This document shows, piece by piece, positions 40,801 through 53,705 of a stretch of DNA of 64,000 nucleotides. Every line of letters begins with the position of its first letter. Within the stretch, counting starts at the first letter, position 1. The notes under the pieces are model-generated. The model searched no databases and was not told where the DNA came from. It saw nothing but the letters and a program-made list of their open reading frames with translations. The DNA is from Sphyrna mokarran (taxonomy: Eukaryota): the NCBI GenBank assembly GCA_024679065.1, contig JAGIQG010000006.1:90830001-90894000 (forward strand), read 5' to 3'. Position numbers and translations under genes: made by a program.

Positions 40801-41384
40801 TAAATCTTGGCTTAGAAACTGGACAACAAGCTGTTGTGTTGGGCATGAGTCAAGTTGCAATATCTTGATAGCAAAGTCATATACGTGGATTATGAAAGCA
40901 TCAGTTAGTATTGATGAGGCAAATAGCTCTTTGTTCCAAGTATTGTGTTCTTTCCTAGAATTTCAAATTTGCTGGTGCCTCTTTGTTCTTAAAGTTATTA
41001 CTTAGGCTTTCTAAACCCAGGCATAGCAGTAAACCAGTAACAGTTTTGTCTGCTTGATTTGGGTCTCCTTTACAGTTAGAATCAGCCCAGCACAGTATTG
41101 ATTTGCAGATCTGATCTCATTGCCATGTTAAAAACTTGGTATGAAACACAATCCAGCCAAAATGCTGAACTGCATTCTACATTTTGCTTTCCTCCCTCCT
41201 ATTTGCCACTGAAGTAGTTTTGTTTGAGTTGGCCATCGTTATTGAATAAGTGAATTCATTAGAAAATGTTTGCTTTTTTGGCAATTTTGTATTTCTATAG
41301 TCTCTAATGTGTGTAATCATCCCTGTGTGGCATGTGGGAAAAAGACACCACCAAAATTATACGAAGTGACCAAAAACTTAGCCG

Positions 41385-41957
41385 GAGATGGAATTTAAGG
41401 AGAGAGTGAAATGTGACGCTAGGCAGCTGAAAGCATAGTTGCCATTGGGGTGAAAAGGGAGAATGTCAAAAATTTTTGACAGGTGGAGGTTGGAGATGGG
41501 AATATATGAAACCTTTGATTGAAATGCACAATAAATTTGAGGTAATGAACAAGAAACAAATATAAATCAGCAAGAAGTATGGATGCAATGGTGGGATTTA
41601 TTTTTTCCATAGGATGCCGGCAGCATAGTTTTACACAAGCTAATCTTTACTGAAGGAAGCTTGGAGATTGATGGAAAGGAAGTCCATGGGGTTGTGACGT
41701 GTCATTGTTGAGCTGAAAGTAGACTCTTTCTATGATGGAGAAAATATTGGATCAGAGTTCATCTTGAGGTTGCAACAAGTCTAAGTTGTAGAGGTATGGA
41801 GGGAAGGGTGATATGGTGAAGTGGGAGGAATGGAGTTGGTGCTGAGGGAAGAGTTTCAGCCAAAGGCTGGAAATGATGGCTTTGAACTTTTTACTGTTTA
41901 GATGGAGAAAATTGCAGTTCATCCAAGACCAGATGTCAGACGAGCAGTTTGGCACAA
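41385..41957 (-). mobile_element. L2-type LINE fragment
   Basis: Minus ORF CSSDIWSWMNCNFLHLNSKKFKAI resembles the L2 RT C-terminal motif CLxDIxxWMxxNFLxLNxxKTE. Confidence 0.7.
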
Positions 41958-42964
41958 ATTAAAGGTCAGAAATTGCATTTAACTGATCCCTTGCACAACA
42001 TTTTAAAAGAAAAGTAACTAGATTATGGATACCTGCTTTATCCAAGTTTTTCCGTTTTTAGATGCAACCTTTTCACGTAATCTGATTTACAATTCCTTCT
42101 AGGCTTGCTTCACATTTGGTGGTACGAAATACAATGTGCTAAGGATTTAATATTTTTTCAAAGCTTAAAAGGCCGAGTACTGTAAACTTGCCCAAAGATC
42201 AGCAAAATGTTGGGCCAATGAGTGAGGATCCTAATGTATGAATATTCCCAACTTTAATTCCAAAGTTCCCTTTTAGGTATAATTCCTGGTTTTTAATTTT
42301 TGTCTTTATATGTAGTAATCACTAAAAATGTAGGGGAAAATATAACCAAAAAATGTATAGTGTTTTATGCTGTGAGGTTGAGGGGGGCAGGATGGGCCCC
42401 ATCACACTGGCAAAACTCAACTCCACTGAGATCAGAGTGACAAACACAGACTCAAGATCGCCCCTGTAATCACAACCGCCAAAATGATAAGTAAAATATT
42501 GCTCGAGACCTTTTATTCCAACCATTATTTCTTCAGTTGAAACTTCCTGTGCAGGCTGTGCATAAGTCTGCCCCTTACCAAATGAGTTCCAAACATTTAG
42601 AAGGCTTGTACACAAACAAGCATGCTGGCAATCCAGAAATGTAAATTTAAAGATTCTAACTTTCCATAACAGCTCATGGAAATAACCTGATAACTTGCTA
42701 AGTTGTATTGCTACCAGATACACTTTTTTAAAGAGGAGGCCTTTATTTCAGATGTCAAATTTTGTTTCCCATTTATCACAATGTTTGATAAACTTATTGT
42801 AGCTGCATTGGGCAAATATTATGTGACATTTTCTAATCAGTTTATTACCACTCCTGTTGTGGGCTCTGACCTCCCTAAGTGGATCAATTTTCCAATTTTA
42901 ATGTTTTAAGATGGAGACTGATCGGTGGTATAAGCAGCTTCCCTGTCAGCCTTGTGAACAAGTG

Positions 42965-43180
42965 TAAAAATCAAGTTGCCATAGTACCAGATGACCATAG
43001 GCAGCTCTTCCCTTAAGGGGGAGAGTGGACTAGTGGTGATTTAACCTGAGGATCACCACACCTTGGGTGAGAAGCAAGGTTAAGAAGGTAGACTTTGTAA
43101 ATGACCTCAGCTGGTTGGGGAACTGAACCCAAGTTTTTGGCATTACTCTGCATCACTAACACCTATCCATCTAAATGACA
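42965..43180 (-). mobile_element. tRNA-derived SINE, a different family
   Basis: B-box in reverse (ggaactgaaccc) near the right end; body gtggtgatttaacctgaggatcaccacacc with a short internal inverted repeat. Confidence 0.5.
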
Positions 43181-43929
43181 TCTACACCATCAACATGTGC
43201 CCTGCATTGCATCTCGTCACAACTTTTTGAATGTTTTTGTCAGCATCTCTCAATAGAGAGAACTTGACCTTGTGCCGATGCAGACCTCTGATCAATTGAC
43301 TGCTTTGTAACTTATGTTGTAGAAGGTCTACGTGCCATTTTATTTCTTAAGATGTTTCTTATCCTTTCTATCCTTATCCTTAATCTTGTTTGCAACCAAA
43401 ATGCCCCTTTTTTCTCGTTTGAATTCCATATTGCTTGGGTGGTATATTATTCTACTGCTTGTGTTTGTGTTATTCAACATATTGGTAGTTTATTATTACA
43501 AACCTTGTAATTAATATTAAGGCAGGTTTATTTCCCCCCAACTGATTTGTTACAAGAATTTTGGTTTATTAGGTTCTGTTTTATGATCTATCATGCAATT
43601 AGGCTTACCAACAATCTGCTCTCTCTTAATATTCTGCATCTCCAGAATTCTATTTTCAAACACTTGTTTACTTTTGCAGTCATAGATTTGAGTCACATTA
43701 CTGCATCCCCTGCTAAATTTGGGTTCCACTTCTTTCACTTGGAAGTGCAATGTAGTTTCTGGCAACTATGCCTTTTTTTTAAAGTTACATTTTGTTCTTC
43801 AGACTTTATTACGTATATTTTTGACAGTTACAATACTGTTGTCACAACAGTGACTACATTGTGAAGCATGTTAGATGCTTCGCTTGCTTCCTCTTCTCTC
43901 CAACAACCTCCTTCCCTCCCTTGAGGGAA

Positions 43930-46620
43930 CACTCAATTTAATCATCTTTGGGACTGAACTATGATCATTATATTGCTAACCTTCACTACATTAATTTTGA
44001 TTCAGGTATAAAGGCACCCAAATCCCTAAGTGCCATCTATTTTTAGAAGAGCTACTAATAAAATAGTACTCCCCCCCCCCCCCCCCCCCCCCCCCTTTGA
44101 ATGGGCAAAGTGGCATTTGTAGCTTTATGTTGTCTTCTGCTTACTTTTCCGCCTAGTTTTGTATTGTCAGCAACAGGCACATAACCCTTTCGTTGACGCA
44201 TTTTACATATAGCTGAGACCCAAACTCTGATCTTTGCAGCATTGTTCCACATTGTAACCTGAAAATTATCTTTTTATTCCTACTGTTTTCAAAACCCGTG
44301 CTCCCAGTCAACATGGTGGCACAATAGTAAACTGGGGGTTATCTGATCAATTGTTTTCTCTCTACTTCACTGTTCAGTTGGAAATATCTGCCTTTAATCC
44401 AATGGAACCAATCTAGAATCTCAACCTGCAGATCAAAGCCAATGCATGTATTATCTCTACAGCTATCTTTTAAAACTAAATGTAGATATGAGGAGTGGAT
44501 GACTTGGCATTTAGTTCATTTTTAAGATCATTGCTCTCATTAGATCCTTTGTTTTCCCTTACTATTTCCAGTATGTCTTCTCCCTACTTTGAGGAGGGAT
44601 ACAAATATAATATGTCTGCCATTTCCTTATTCCCTATTATAATTTGTCTTCCTTCTACTTCTGAACGGACTTGTTTGCTTTCAGTCCTTTTTTGATACTT
44701 TGAAATGCTTTTGATCTGTTTTATATTTTCTGCTTGTTATTGTTTTTTTTTTTCCCCATTAACTTCTTGATGATCACTTGTAATTCTTAAACATAACTGG
44801 GACAGTTTTTGCTATTTTTTTGGTGACATTGCAAGCCATTTCCTTTCGTATTCTTAATTAATAACACTCCTTCCTTTGTTTAATTCCTCAAAATGAAGAT
44901 TTGAGTAATTTCTGGAAAAGTTGTCATTGCTTATAAGCATCATATCTTTTAATCTTATTTCCTATTAGGCAACTTGTTCCTCATGCCTATGTAATTAGCT
45001 TTTGTTTAAATTGAAAACTAATTTCTGATGTCAAGCTCAGTGATGGGAAATTCTTCATTATTGCTCATCCCCAGATAATCCCTCTAAAAGATTGCATCTC
45101 TAGATATCTGCTTTTAGACTGCCCTTTTTTTTTTTTTGAAGCCTCAAAACCCCTCAAAATGGGGACCGACTTGTACAGACTAGAAAAGCAAGTGAACTAC
45201 TTCAGAATGAGTGATTGTCATCTTTGCTTAAAGAGCATCTCTTAAACACAGCTCAGATCATCTGTTTGATTCCTTGCACCCAGTTAAGGTACCGGTAAAT
45301 GAAGCATCTATTTGCGGGATGAGAAATTGAGGCTGATGTAAAATGACTGGAAAGGGGGGCAAGGCTGGGAGAGTCTTTGTCCAAAAAAGTGATTTTCTTT
45401 TTGAGGCTGAGGTAATAAGTTTGATAGGTAAACAACAATTATTCATTGTAATATCTATCACGTTGAATAATAGATTTAAAACAGTTTGTTCTCCAGTTGC
45501 TGCTTTTATTCTGGAAAGCTCCAGATGCGTTTTATGACCTTGATCTCCAGGTTACTTCTGCCAGTTTTGTTCATCCAGTCTGTATGAAGATTAAAACCCC
45601 ACACACCCACTTTATCTAACCCTCATTAAAGGCACCTCTAATTTGCCAATTTTTGTATTCTGTAATTCTTGGTAAGGCCAATGTTTTTTGTTCTTTAGCT
45701 TCATCAAAAATATTTCCACATCCTGATTTCTTTGCCCCCTCTAGGGGCTATATCCTTTCTCATTTTATCATCTTTTCTGAAAGTGAAATACCCTGAAATA
45801 TTTGGATCTATATTTTGATCATTTTGCGATCATGTCCCTCCAAGGTCAAACTTAATCTTTGTGATCTATTTTATTAGAAATGTTTGTGCAATCTGTTTTC
45901 ACACATGACTGTTACCTTTTAATGAAGCTTGAATCTGCCTGAGATGACACTTGATTCTTTTTAAAAGAAAATTGTTCCTCTGCTCTACAAGCTTTTTAGT
46001 ATTAACCTTTCCTCCCCTTTTATTATAGTCTTGTCAGCTGCTCAACTTGATTTCACCTGCACATTGGTCATGGTCAAGTGAGGTCCATCAAATGGAACAG
46101 CAACCACTTTCCTTACTACTGCTGTTAGGACCTCCACGAATTGAAACCTCTGTCTCACGTTCTGGTTTTTTGACTAGACGTTTTGTCCCTTCAGTCAGTT
46201 GGCACATGGCTTTGATATGAACTTTGAGATTTTTAAAAGAATTTGAACCCTGGCTTCACATTTGTTCAGCAGAATCTCATTCCTACTCTGATCTAGCCAT
46301 TGGTTCTATATGAACCATGACCACTGCATCATTCTGTTCCTACTGCAAATTCTTCCATTATGAGGAAATGTCCTTACCTCTGACACTGGACAGGGAGCAC
46401 TGCCTTTGGAGCTGCAGAAATCTGTACATTTCTTACTTTACCACTACTTATATAATGTGATGCTGATTAATTGTTGCCCGTCCTTAACATTACCATATGC
46501 CTTTTCACACCACCATACCATGGTTAATTTGTCCATCTTTCTTGGGGAGCCTTTGTTCTCACAGCTGTATCAAGTACTTTGTAGCTGCTGGACATGGGTA
46601 AATCTCACAGGTTTGTCATA
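43930..46620 (-). mobile_element. Long, highly decayed CR1 remnant
   Basis: Minus ORF fragment ADNTKLGGKV (F/YADDTK motif) at ~44150-44175; further antisense CR1-like text (ctgccatttccttattccctatt, ctaggggctata). Confidence 0.5.
44071..44095. repeat. Poly(C)25 homopolymer
   Basis: 25 consecutive C. Confidence 0.95.
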
Positions 46621-47049
46621 TAATGTATGATAATGAGGAAATCAACTCCAGTCTGTAATTAATGGATTGCAGTTCATGTATATAATTCATATGTTCAGGA
46701 TCTCATTGCAAAGATTAGGATCAAAGCTGTTTTAACTTCAAAGGGCACTGATGGCAGTGAAGGTGGATTTTGTTCCAGCCATTTTGTGATTCCACGCAAG
46801 GGCAAAAGGATGTGACGTTGGAACTCTCCTTATCTGGTTGACCTTGATTCAATTGTATTCTCCTGTTCCCTGACTACTTGTCAAATCTAAACTGCCATTA
46901 GAGGCATGACATTCAGGTGCACATGCCTGACACAAGGTTTCAAGCGATGGATCAAATGGCTCCTGCTAAATCCTTTTATACATCAAAGATGATGCCTGAG
47001 GTTGCATGGTCTACAATTAAAATCACCTATGTACAGGAAACTGGTCATT

Positions 47050-50000
47050 CCAGTCTGACCCATTTTCATCTGCTTTTGAGTACTCTGATCTTTTTAATGG
47101 TATGTGTGTGAGCTGTTGTTTAGTATCTGCTCATTCCTGAGGTTATGCTGCCTCTCTATGAAATATCACTGCTGTGGCAAGAGATATTTCCATAGTAATT
47201 GTTGCTGCTAATCCGCAGAGTTGGGGAATAGTTGACCTCTGATCGTTCAGTTCCTTTTGAATTTACATTTATGCCTTCATTTGTGAAGGAGTAGCTTCTC
47301 CAGTTGTAGGTATATTTCTAGTTACAATATATCTGGTCAGTCACTTGCATGTTGTATTATCGAGGTAACAGCTTCATGCAAGGGTCCCAAGTTGCCAAGG
47401 CTGACGCTGAATGGATTGAATGTGTGCACTCTGGCAATAACTTGGCAGCTTTATCAAAGTTTTGATTTTTTTTTTTATCGTTCCAGTTGATTTTTGTCAC
47501 CTAAGCCTGTGATTACTACTTCTGGCTTCAGTGTCTTGGCTATTGGAAGAGCAGTTTTGGTGCGGCATGACAGTTGTTGAAGTAGACTGCTTTCCATGCT
47601 CTTGCTTCTCCACTAAGGTTGCTTTGTATAAATCTGTGCTTGATCTTTTAAAAATCTCTTTAGTTTTCTTCACCACTCTCTCAGCTTCTGCTTTTGGCTG
47701 TGGATTGTAGGGTAGCTCTATGTGCTGAATTCTTCATTCCTGAACTGAGGGCCGTTGTTACTTGCCACAATATCAGGAATACCATTGTGATTGAAGTGTG
47801 CTTGTAGGCATTCTACAATCTCACTGGTCATTAATGTTGGTTTATTTAATACCCAATGGTCTGGATAGCAGTCAATGGTGATGAAATGATTCCAAAGAAA
47901 CTGTAAAGGTTTATTCCAAGTCAAGCCTTTATTCTGCCTGGGATGTCACGAGTCAGGAGTGGATCATTGATGTTCACCACAAGCTTTGCACTGACTAACG
48001 TGTGGTTCTCTCTCTCCTTGCTCCTGTTTGACCAATGGAGCACTTCTAATGCCTTCCCAAGGCTAGACTTGATTCCTTGATAACTCTTAAGCATCTCTTT
48101 CCTCCTCTCCTTTGGGATGACAATTCTAGTTCCTTTAAGATTGGAAAACGGCTAATGTTATGCCACTGTTTAAAGGTAGCAGGCAAAAGGCAGGAATTAT
48201 AAGCCAGTTAGTTTAACGTCTGTAGTTGGAAAAATGCTAGAATCCGTCAAAGAAGAAATAGCGAGACAGCTAGAAAAGAACAGTTTGATCAAGCAGAGAC
48301 AACATGGATTCATGAAGGGGAAGTTATGTTTAACAAATTTATTGGATTTCTATGAGGATGTGACTAGTGCGGTAGACAGGGGAACCGGTGGATGTGGTGT
48401 TTTTAGATTTCCAGAAGGTGTTTTAATAAGATGCCTCACACAAGGTTAGGGTGAATGGAATTGGGGGTAAGGTGTTAGTGTGGATAGTGGACTGGTTGCC
48501 TAATAGGAAGCAGAGAATTGGAATCAGTGGGTGCTATTGTTGACAGTTGGTGACTAGTGGAATGCTGCAGGGATCAGTGCAGGGGCTTCAATTGTTTGCT
48601 ATTTACATAGACGACCTGGAGAAGGGGACTGAGCATAGAGTAACAAAATTTGCTGATGACATGAAGATGCATGGAAAAGAGAATTGCAAGGAAGACACAA
48701 AAGTCTGCAGAGAGATCTGGATAGGCTGAGTGAGTGGACGAGGACATGGCAGATGGACCATAATGTTAGCAAATATGAGGTTATCCACTTTTGGTAGAAA
48801 TAATAGAAGGGATTAGTATTTAAAAAGCGAAAAGCTGCATCATGCTACAGTGCAGAGGAACATGGAGGGTCCTTGCGCACGAATTGCAAAAACCCAGTTT
48901 GCAGGTGCAAGCAGGTGATCAAGAAGGTGAATGGAATGTTGGCCTTTATAGTGAGAGTGGTAGAATATAAAAGCAAGGAGGTCTTGCTGCAACTGTACAG
49001 GGCACTGGTGAGGCTGCAACTGGAGTACTGTGCGGTTTTGATTGCAGTATCTGAGGATATATTGGCCTTGGATGGAGTGCAGAGAAGACTAACTAGGCTG
49101 ATACTGGAGATGAGGGGGTTAGCCTATGAAGAGAGATTGAATAGACTGGGTCTGTACTCGGTAGATGGGGGGATCTTATAGAAACTTATAATGAAGAGTC
49201 TAGATAGGATAGAGGTAGAGAGATTCTTCCTGCTTAGAAAGGATAGCAGAACTAGAGGGCACAGTCTTAAAATAAGGGAGAGGGGACAATTTAGATCTGA
49301 GTTGAGAAGGAACTTCTTCACTCAAAGGATGGTGAGTCTCTGGAATTCTCTGCCCATTCAAGTGGTGGAGGCTACCTTGCTGAATATATTTGTCATGGGT
49401 AGATAGGTTTCTAATCGACAAGGAAATTAAGGGTTATGGAGAGAAAGTGGGAGAGTGGAACTGATTCACTTCAGATCAGCCATGATCTTATTGAATGGCA
49501 GGGCTGGCTCGAGGGGCTAGTTGGCCTGCTCCTATTTCTTGTGTTGTGTGAGATGCCATTTTGGGCAGTCACTTGTGTTCAGGGCACATTCTTACAGCAC
49601 TAGATATGTCCTTGATGGTTTCTGGCTGTCCTTTAGAGTTGCATCTGTTTGCAAAATTTTCTTAATCCGAGCAAGATACTTGTCAGATTCGGTGTCTCTG
49701 GTTTGGTGCCTCGAGTATGCAGTTGCTTTTTATTGAAATCTGGAAGATTTCACTCCAAAAGCCATTTCCTTCAAAGGAAGTGCCATGCAATGTATGTTTG
49801 TTTCCCCTGCTTTAATTTCAAATGATATCTTCTCCCCAAGTGAAGTAACATCCTTTTTTAGATGTTATGGAGCAGATGATACAAAAAAGATTTGAAGTGA
49901 CGTAGTCCTGTTTTTTACCATTTTGTTTCCCAAACAATTCTGATTCAAATGCTCACAAGCAAAGACCATATCAGGCATGCAGTTGTTCAGTGTGAGTTGA

Positions 50001-51560
50001 CACTCTGGATGCAAATGCAGCTGATTGTTCTTGCTGCAAAAAGGTTGCTCCACGTCCCTTCGTTGGCACCTCATTTCAGAGTGACTCTGCTACCTCAGCA
50101 TTGGCGTCATATTGTTAATTTGAGATTGGAAGCTGCTTGTTCTATTCCTCAAAAGAATTGAACAACTTGAGCTTGCATGGAGGTTCATACTCTTGACCAT
50201 TGGGCAAGAAGCTTTCTAGGTGGTTCACAGGTGCAACAAATTGTTGCACTGCCATCAGTTCTGGTTGCTGCATCTCTGCTACAGGACTCATCAGGATCAG
50301 GCCACATCTTTTTGCTATGATTACATGACCTGTTGCAGGTTCTTCTACTTCAGATTTGTCAGGTGAGCTCTTTCCAGCAGTTGCACTAGATTCTGATCAT
50401 GGGCTGCAATACTGGCAATTGTTACTCCACACCTATAGACTACTGGATCATCCATGGTTACCTCCACTCCTGGGGAACATTGACTATTTCCATGTTGTCA
50501 GTGTAGTTTTCTGGAACAGTATAAAACAGCACCTAAGCTTAAAAACTGCTGCTTTCACCTACCTATTTTTGCCAGTGTCCATTCTTCATATCTAGGTTTT
50601 GCATTAAGGCAGACTAGGCCTTCCAAGCACATAACAATAAGTAAAGGAAGAATTACTTGCAGAACAGCCATCTGAAAGATCAAGGGCAGAGTACTGGATT
50701 TTTTTTGGTAAATTATAGTAAATGCCTTCAATGACACAAGATCAGGAGATCTCGTCGAAGCTTCGTAGAGGCTCTTTGGATCTGTGCATACATTCAGCTT
50801 TCCTCATTGTTTCACTTTATCATGCTGCTAATCCAATCGGTAGGAGTTGTCACTTTTCCTCCATCTTTTCTACCTTGTCTTTCAGGCAGAACTAAGGCAG
50901 CTGAAACTTCAAGATGCTGACTTGGTTTCATGCTCTCATCTCATCAAGGTGGTAGACATCCAAGACTCATGAAAATATCTTTGTAACTTAAGATTTGTTA
51001 AGCGGGTAATTGCTTTGTCGCACAAAGTAGTATAAAGCTCTGGTACAATGGAGTGTTATCAGTCTGGATCCGTTTCAGCTTAATTGAGTGGATTTGGCTT
51101 AGTGTTTGATTTGCAACTGCCTGTCTTCATTCTTCTCATTGAGCCTGTCTTGCCCGCTTGGGGGTGAGCAGTGTTCCATCATACAGCTTTAACTTTGGGC
51201 TTCGTTTTGGGTCACTGTCTTGAAGTTGTACATGTATGTCTAACACTTGATCTCCTTTTGCAGCTGTCATTCCAGTAGTTACAAACCATTTCTGAGACTT
51301 GGGAATGCCACTGTATTCAATTTGTTGTATTGGTCATCTGCTATTTTTCCAGCAACCATATTGTTTCACTTTCCACCAAGCGATTAAGCTGCCTGCAGTT
51401 AGTACGTGACTATCCCCTCACTGGACGTGCTTTTTCACATTGTATTCTGTACAATAATGGCATCCAGTACTCTGACCTTGATCTTTCAGATGGTCCCTCT
51501 GCAAGTAATTCTTTACTTTTGTGCTTGGAAGACCTAATCTGCCTCAGTGCAAAACCCAGT
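47050..51560 (-). mobile_element. Decayed Gypsy/Ty3 LTR-retrotransposon internal region, interrupted by a CR1
   Basis: Minus-strand remnants: integrase core HNGIPDIVASNNGPQF (47718-47924); KGTRIVIPKERRKEML (~48090-48136); RNase H GAT..QQEQSAAFASRV..TE..MVFACEH (~49940-50090); RT end VNHLESFLPN (~50200-50230); Cys-rich gag-like NCQYC (~50405-50425). LTRs not identified; outer limits uncertain. Confidence 0.75.
48138..49548 (+). mobile_element. 5'-truncated CR1 LINE (RT domain plus 3' UTR), pseudogenised
   Basis: DWKTANV..NYKPVSLTSVVGKMLES, QHGFMKGKLCLTNLLDFYE, QGSVQG, KFADDMK, RTRGHSLKIR, FFTQRMVSLWNSLP; 3' UTR gatcagccatgatcttattgaatggcagggc. Confidence 0.93.
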
Positions 51561-51979
51561 GTGTTCTCCCATTGATAATCTGCAGCTGACTTCAGATATG
51601 TTCTGTCACTGATAATTATCTACTGATAATTATGAACAATAAGCACTGGAACTTGACAAAAAGTCTTGCAGGCCTCAAATTTCATGATACTAGCTCTTCC
51701 TCCAAGCAGGATTGCCACTTCTTCCTCACCCCAACACTTCTTTTAAAAGATGGGTTTCCTCTGACAAGTTAATTCCATGCATTGTGAAAGGGCTATCGTA
51801 TGCTTCATCACTTATTCTTGTAGTTGCATGTACTTTTTTTTATGGTGGGTGGATGTTTTCAATCACCAAATTGTTACTTCATTCCATTTGTTACTTCAAA
51901 TAAGTAACTATAATAATGCCATAGAGAAAATATCCCAATTACAAATTATCTCCTTGGTAGAGATTAGGAAATTGTTCTA

Positions 51980-52760
51980 GATATCAAGCTGAATGTGGCA
52001 AATAGTGAGGATGATATCAGTTGACTAGAAGTGCAGAGGCTAGCAAAAGTGGCAGAATATAATAAAAGTATTAGGTGATGCATTTTGGTGCAAGGGCTTG
52101 GGACAATATGGACTTAGTGTGTGGGGACAGGGATTGGGACTGGGAAGGCCACTTGTGCAGGAACCAAGAAGGAAATCTGGAGGATTCTCGTGTGCAGCGC
52201 TGCCCTTTTTTTTTTCTTGGGGGAGGAACAAAGGACTCGCTGCCCTGGTGACCTGATCATGTGATGCCTTCACTGGTCCCATGTGTTGAGAGTAATTGGC
52301 AAAGCATATAGGCTTTTGCTTTTCATTAAAAAGCAAGTTATGCTGAAGCTGTTAGTGATTTTTGTGCAGTGCTGGGCACCACGCTTTCGGAAGAATGTCC
52401 TTGAGATGATGCAAAGAATGATTCAAGATGATTAAGGAATTTGATAATAGTTGAGTTGGAGAAGATGAAATTGTTCTTAGCGCAAAGGATGTTGAGCGGA
52501 AATATAGTGGGTGTGTTGGAAGGTTTGGACAAAGTAGATGAAGAAAAATGACCCTAGAAGAACTAGGAGCATGTGAAAATGTTTTTGAGTGAGATGCAGA
52601 TTTGAACTTAAACAGTGAATGGTAATGACTTGGAGTTTGCTGCCAACAGAGGTGATCAGTGATCTTCAAAGGAAATTGGATGGGTACTTGAGGAAAATAA
52701 ACTAGATTGCTGTAGAAAGCCACATGGGATCAGTAGGTTGAATGGTGCCTTCTGTTATTA
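51980..52760 (+). mobile_element. Old CR1 3' fragment with an unrelated insert at ~52095-52305
   Basis: gtgatgcattttggt (VMHFG), tgtgcagtgctgggcaccacgctttcggaag (CVQxWxP), tail gttgaatggtgccttctg. Confidence 0.55.
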
Positions 52761-53126
52761 CCTTCCTAAAGTAAAAGCTTAGTTGAATAATTGGTTCAAT
52801 GCTGATTTTGGCCTTTATTCCCACCCTAGGTGGGGTGGGATGGGACATAGCTGTGATGGAACTTGTAGATGGTTCCTTTCACTGTCTTGTGAAATTTTGC
52901 TTTGGGCAAAACAGCTACTTTGTTTTACAGATATTTAAAAAAGAACCTCATTGCCAGAGGATTTAATGTGATCTATTTTTTTTTGTGCGCACACAACTGG
53001 AAACACCAGTTGTAGTAACATTTTTGATTTGCTGTTCTCAACTTTTTGGCTTATTATGTCTTTTGAGCATGCCGTGCATTTGTGCCATAAAAATCTTGAC
53101 TTAAGTTCCAATAATACATCCTTCAT

Positions 53127-53291
53127 TTAAGGTTAGTTTATTTAGTCACAAGTAAGACTTACATTAACACTGCAGTGAAGTTACTGTGAAATCCACACTC
53201 CATTGTCTGTTCAAGTCAGTGCACCTAATCAGCACATCTTTTAGACTATGGAAGGAAGGTGCTGAGGCAGCAGTCCTAACCACTGCTGCCC
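53127..53291 (-). mobile_element. Internally deleted V-SINE-like element with a different LINE tail
   Basis: cagcacatcttttagactatggaagga (V-domain, reverse), gaggcagcagtcctaaccactg (tRNA head, reverse), tail tttatttagtcacaagt. Confidence 0.55.
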
Positions 53292-53611
53292 AAGTCCCTG
53301 TAGGACATTAAAATGTGTTTATCCTTTTTCATATAGCAAGTCATGGTCCAAATGAGAATGATGTCCTGAAATGTGACCTTCATGTTGGAGTATTGCTGGC
53401 TAAGGCCTGGACAGCAAGCTGCTGCGTTGACTGTCCTGAGCAGGTTCAGCTGTCCTTGGGTGCTATGATGAATCAAGCTTAGTTCAGCTTCTGTAAAATT
53501 TGAAGGAAAAACAAACTTTAATATTAAAATATTCTTAAATCTGTTTTAGTATAGAAATGCAGCTTTTTCATTTTTCACCATGCATATAAATATTTTCCAA
53601 ACTTGACTCAA

Positions 53612-53705
53612 ATGTTGCAGGAGTAGGCCATTGAGTCCTTTGAATCTGCTCTGCCATTCTTTATGATCATGGCTGATCATCCAGCTCAATAGCCCGATCC
53701 TCCCA
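53612..53705 (-). mobile_element. CR1 3' UTR fragment (same tail type as the 48138 copy)
   Basis: Reverse complement gatcagccatgatcataaagaatggcagagcagattcaaaggactcaatggcctactcctgc aligns with ~49474-49533. Confidence 0.8.

Noticed and set aside
46680-47050. Possible LTR of the Gypsy element
   Set aside because: No matching second copy near 51.6 kb and no clear TG...CA, PBS or PPT could be identified by eye.
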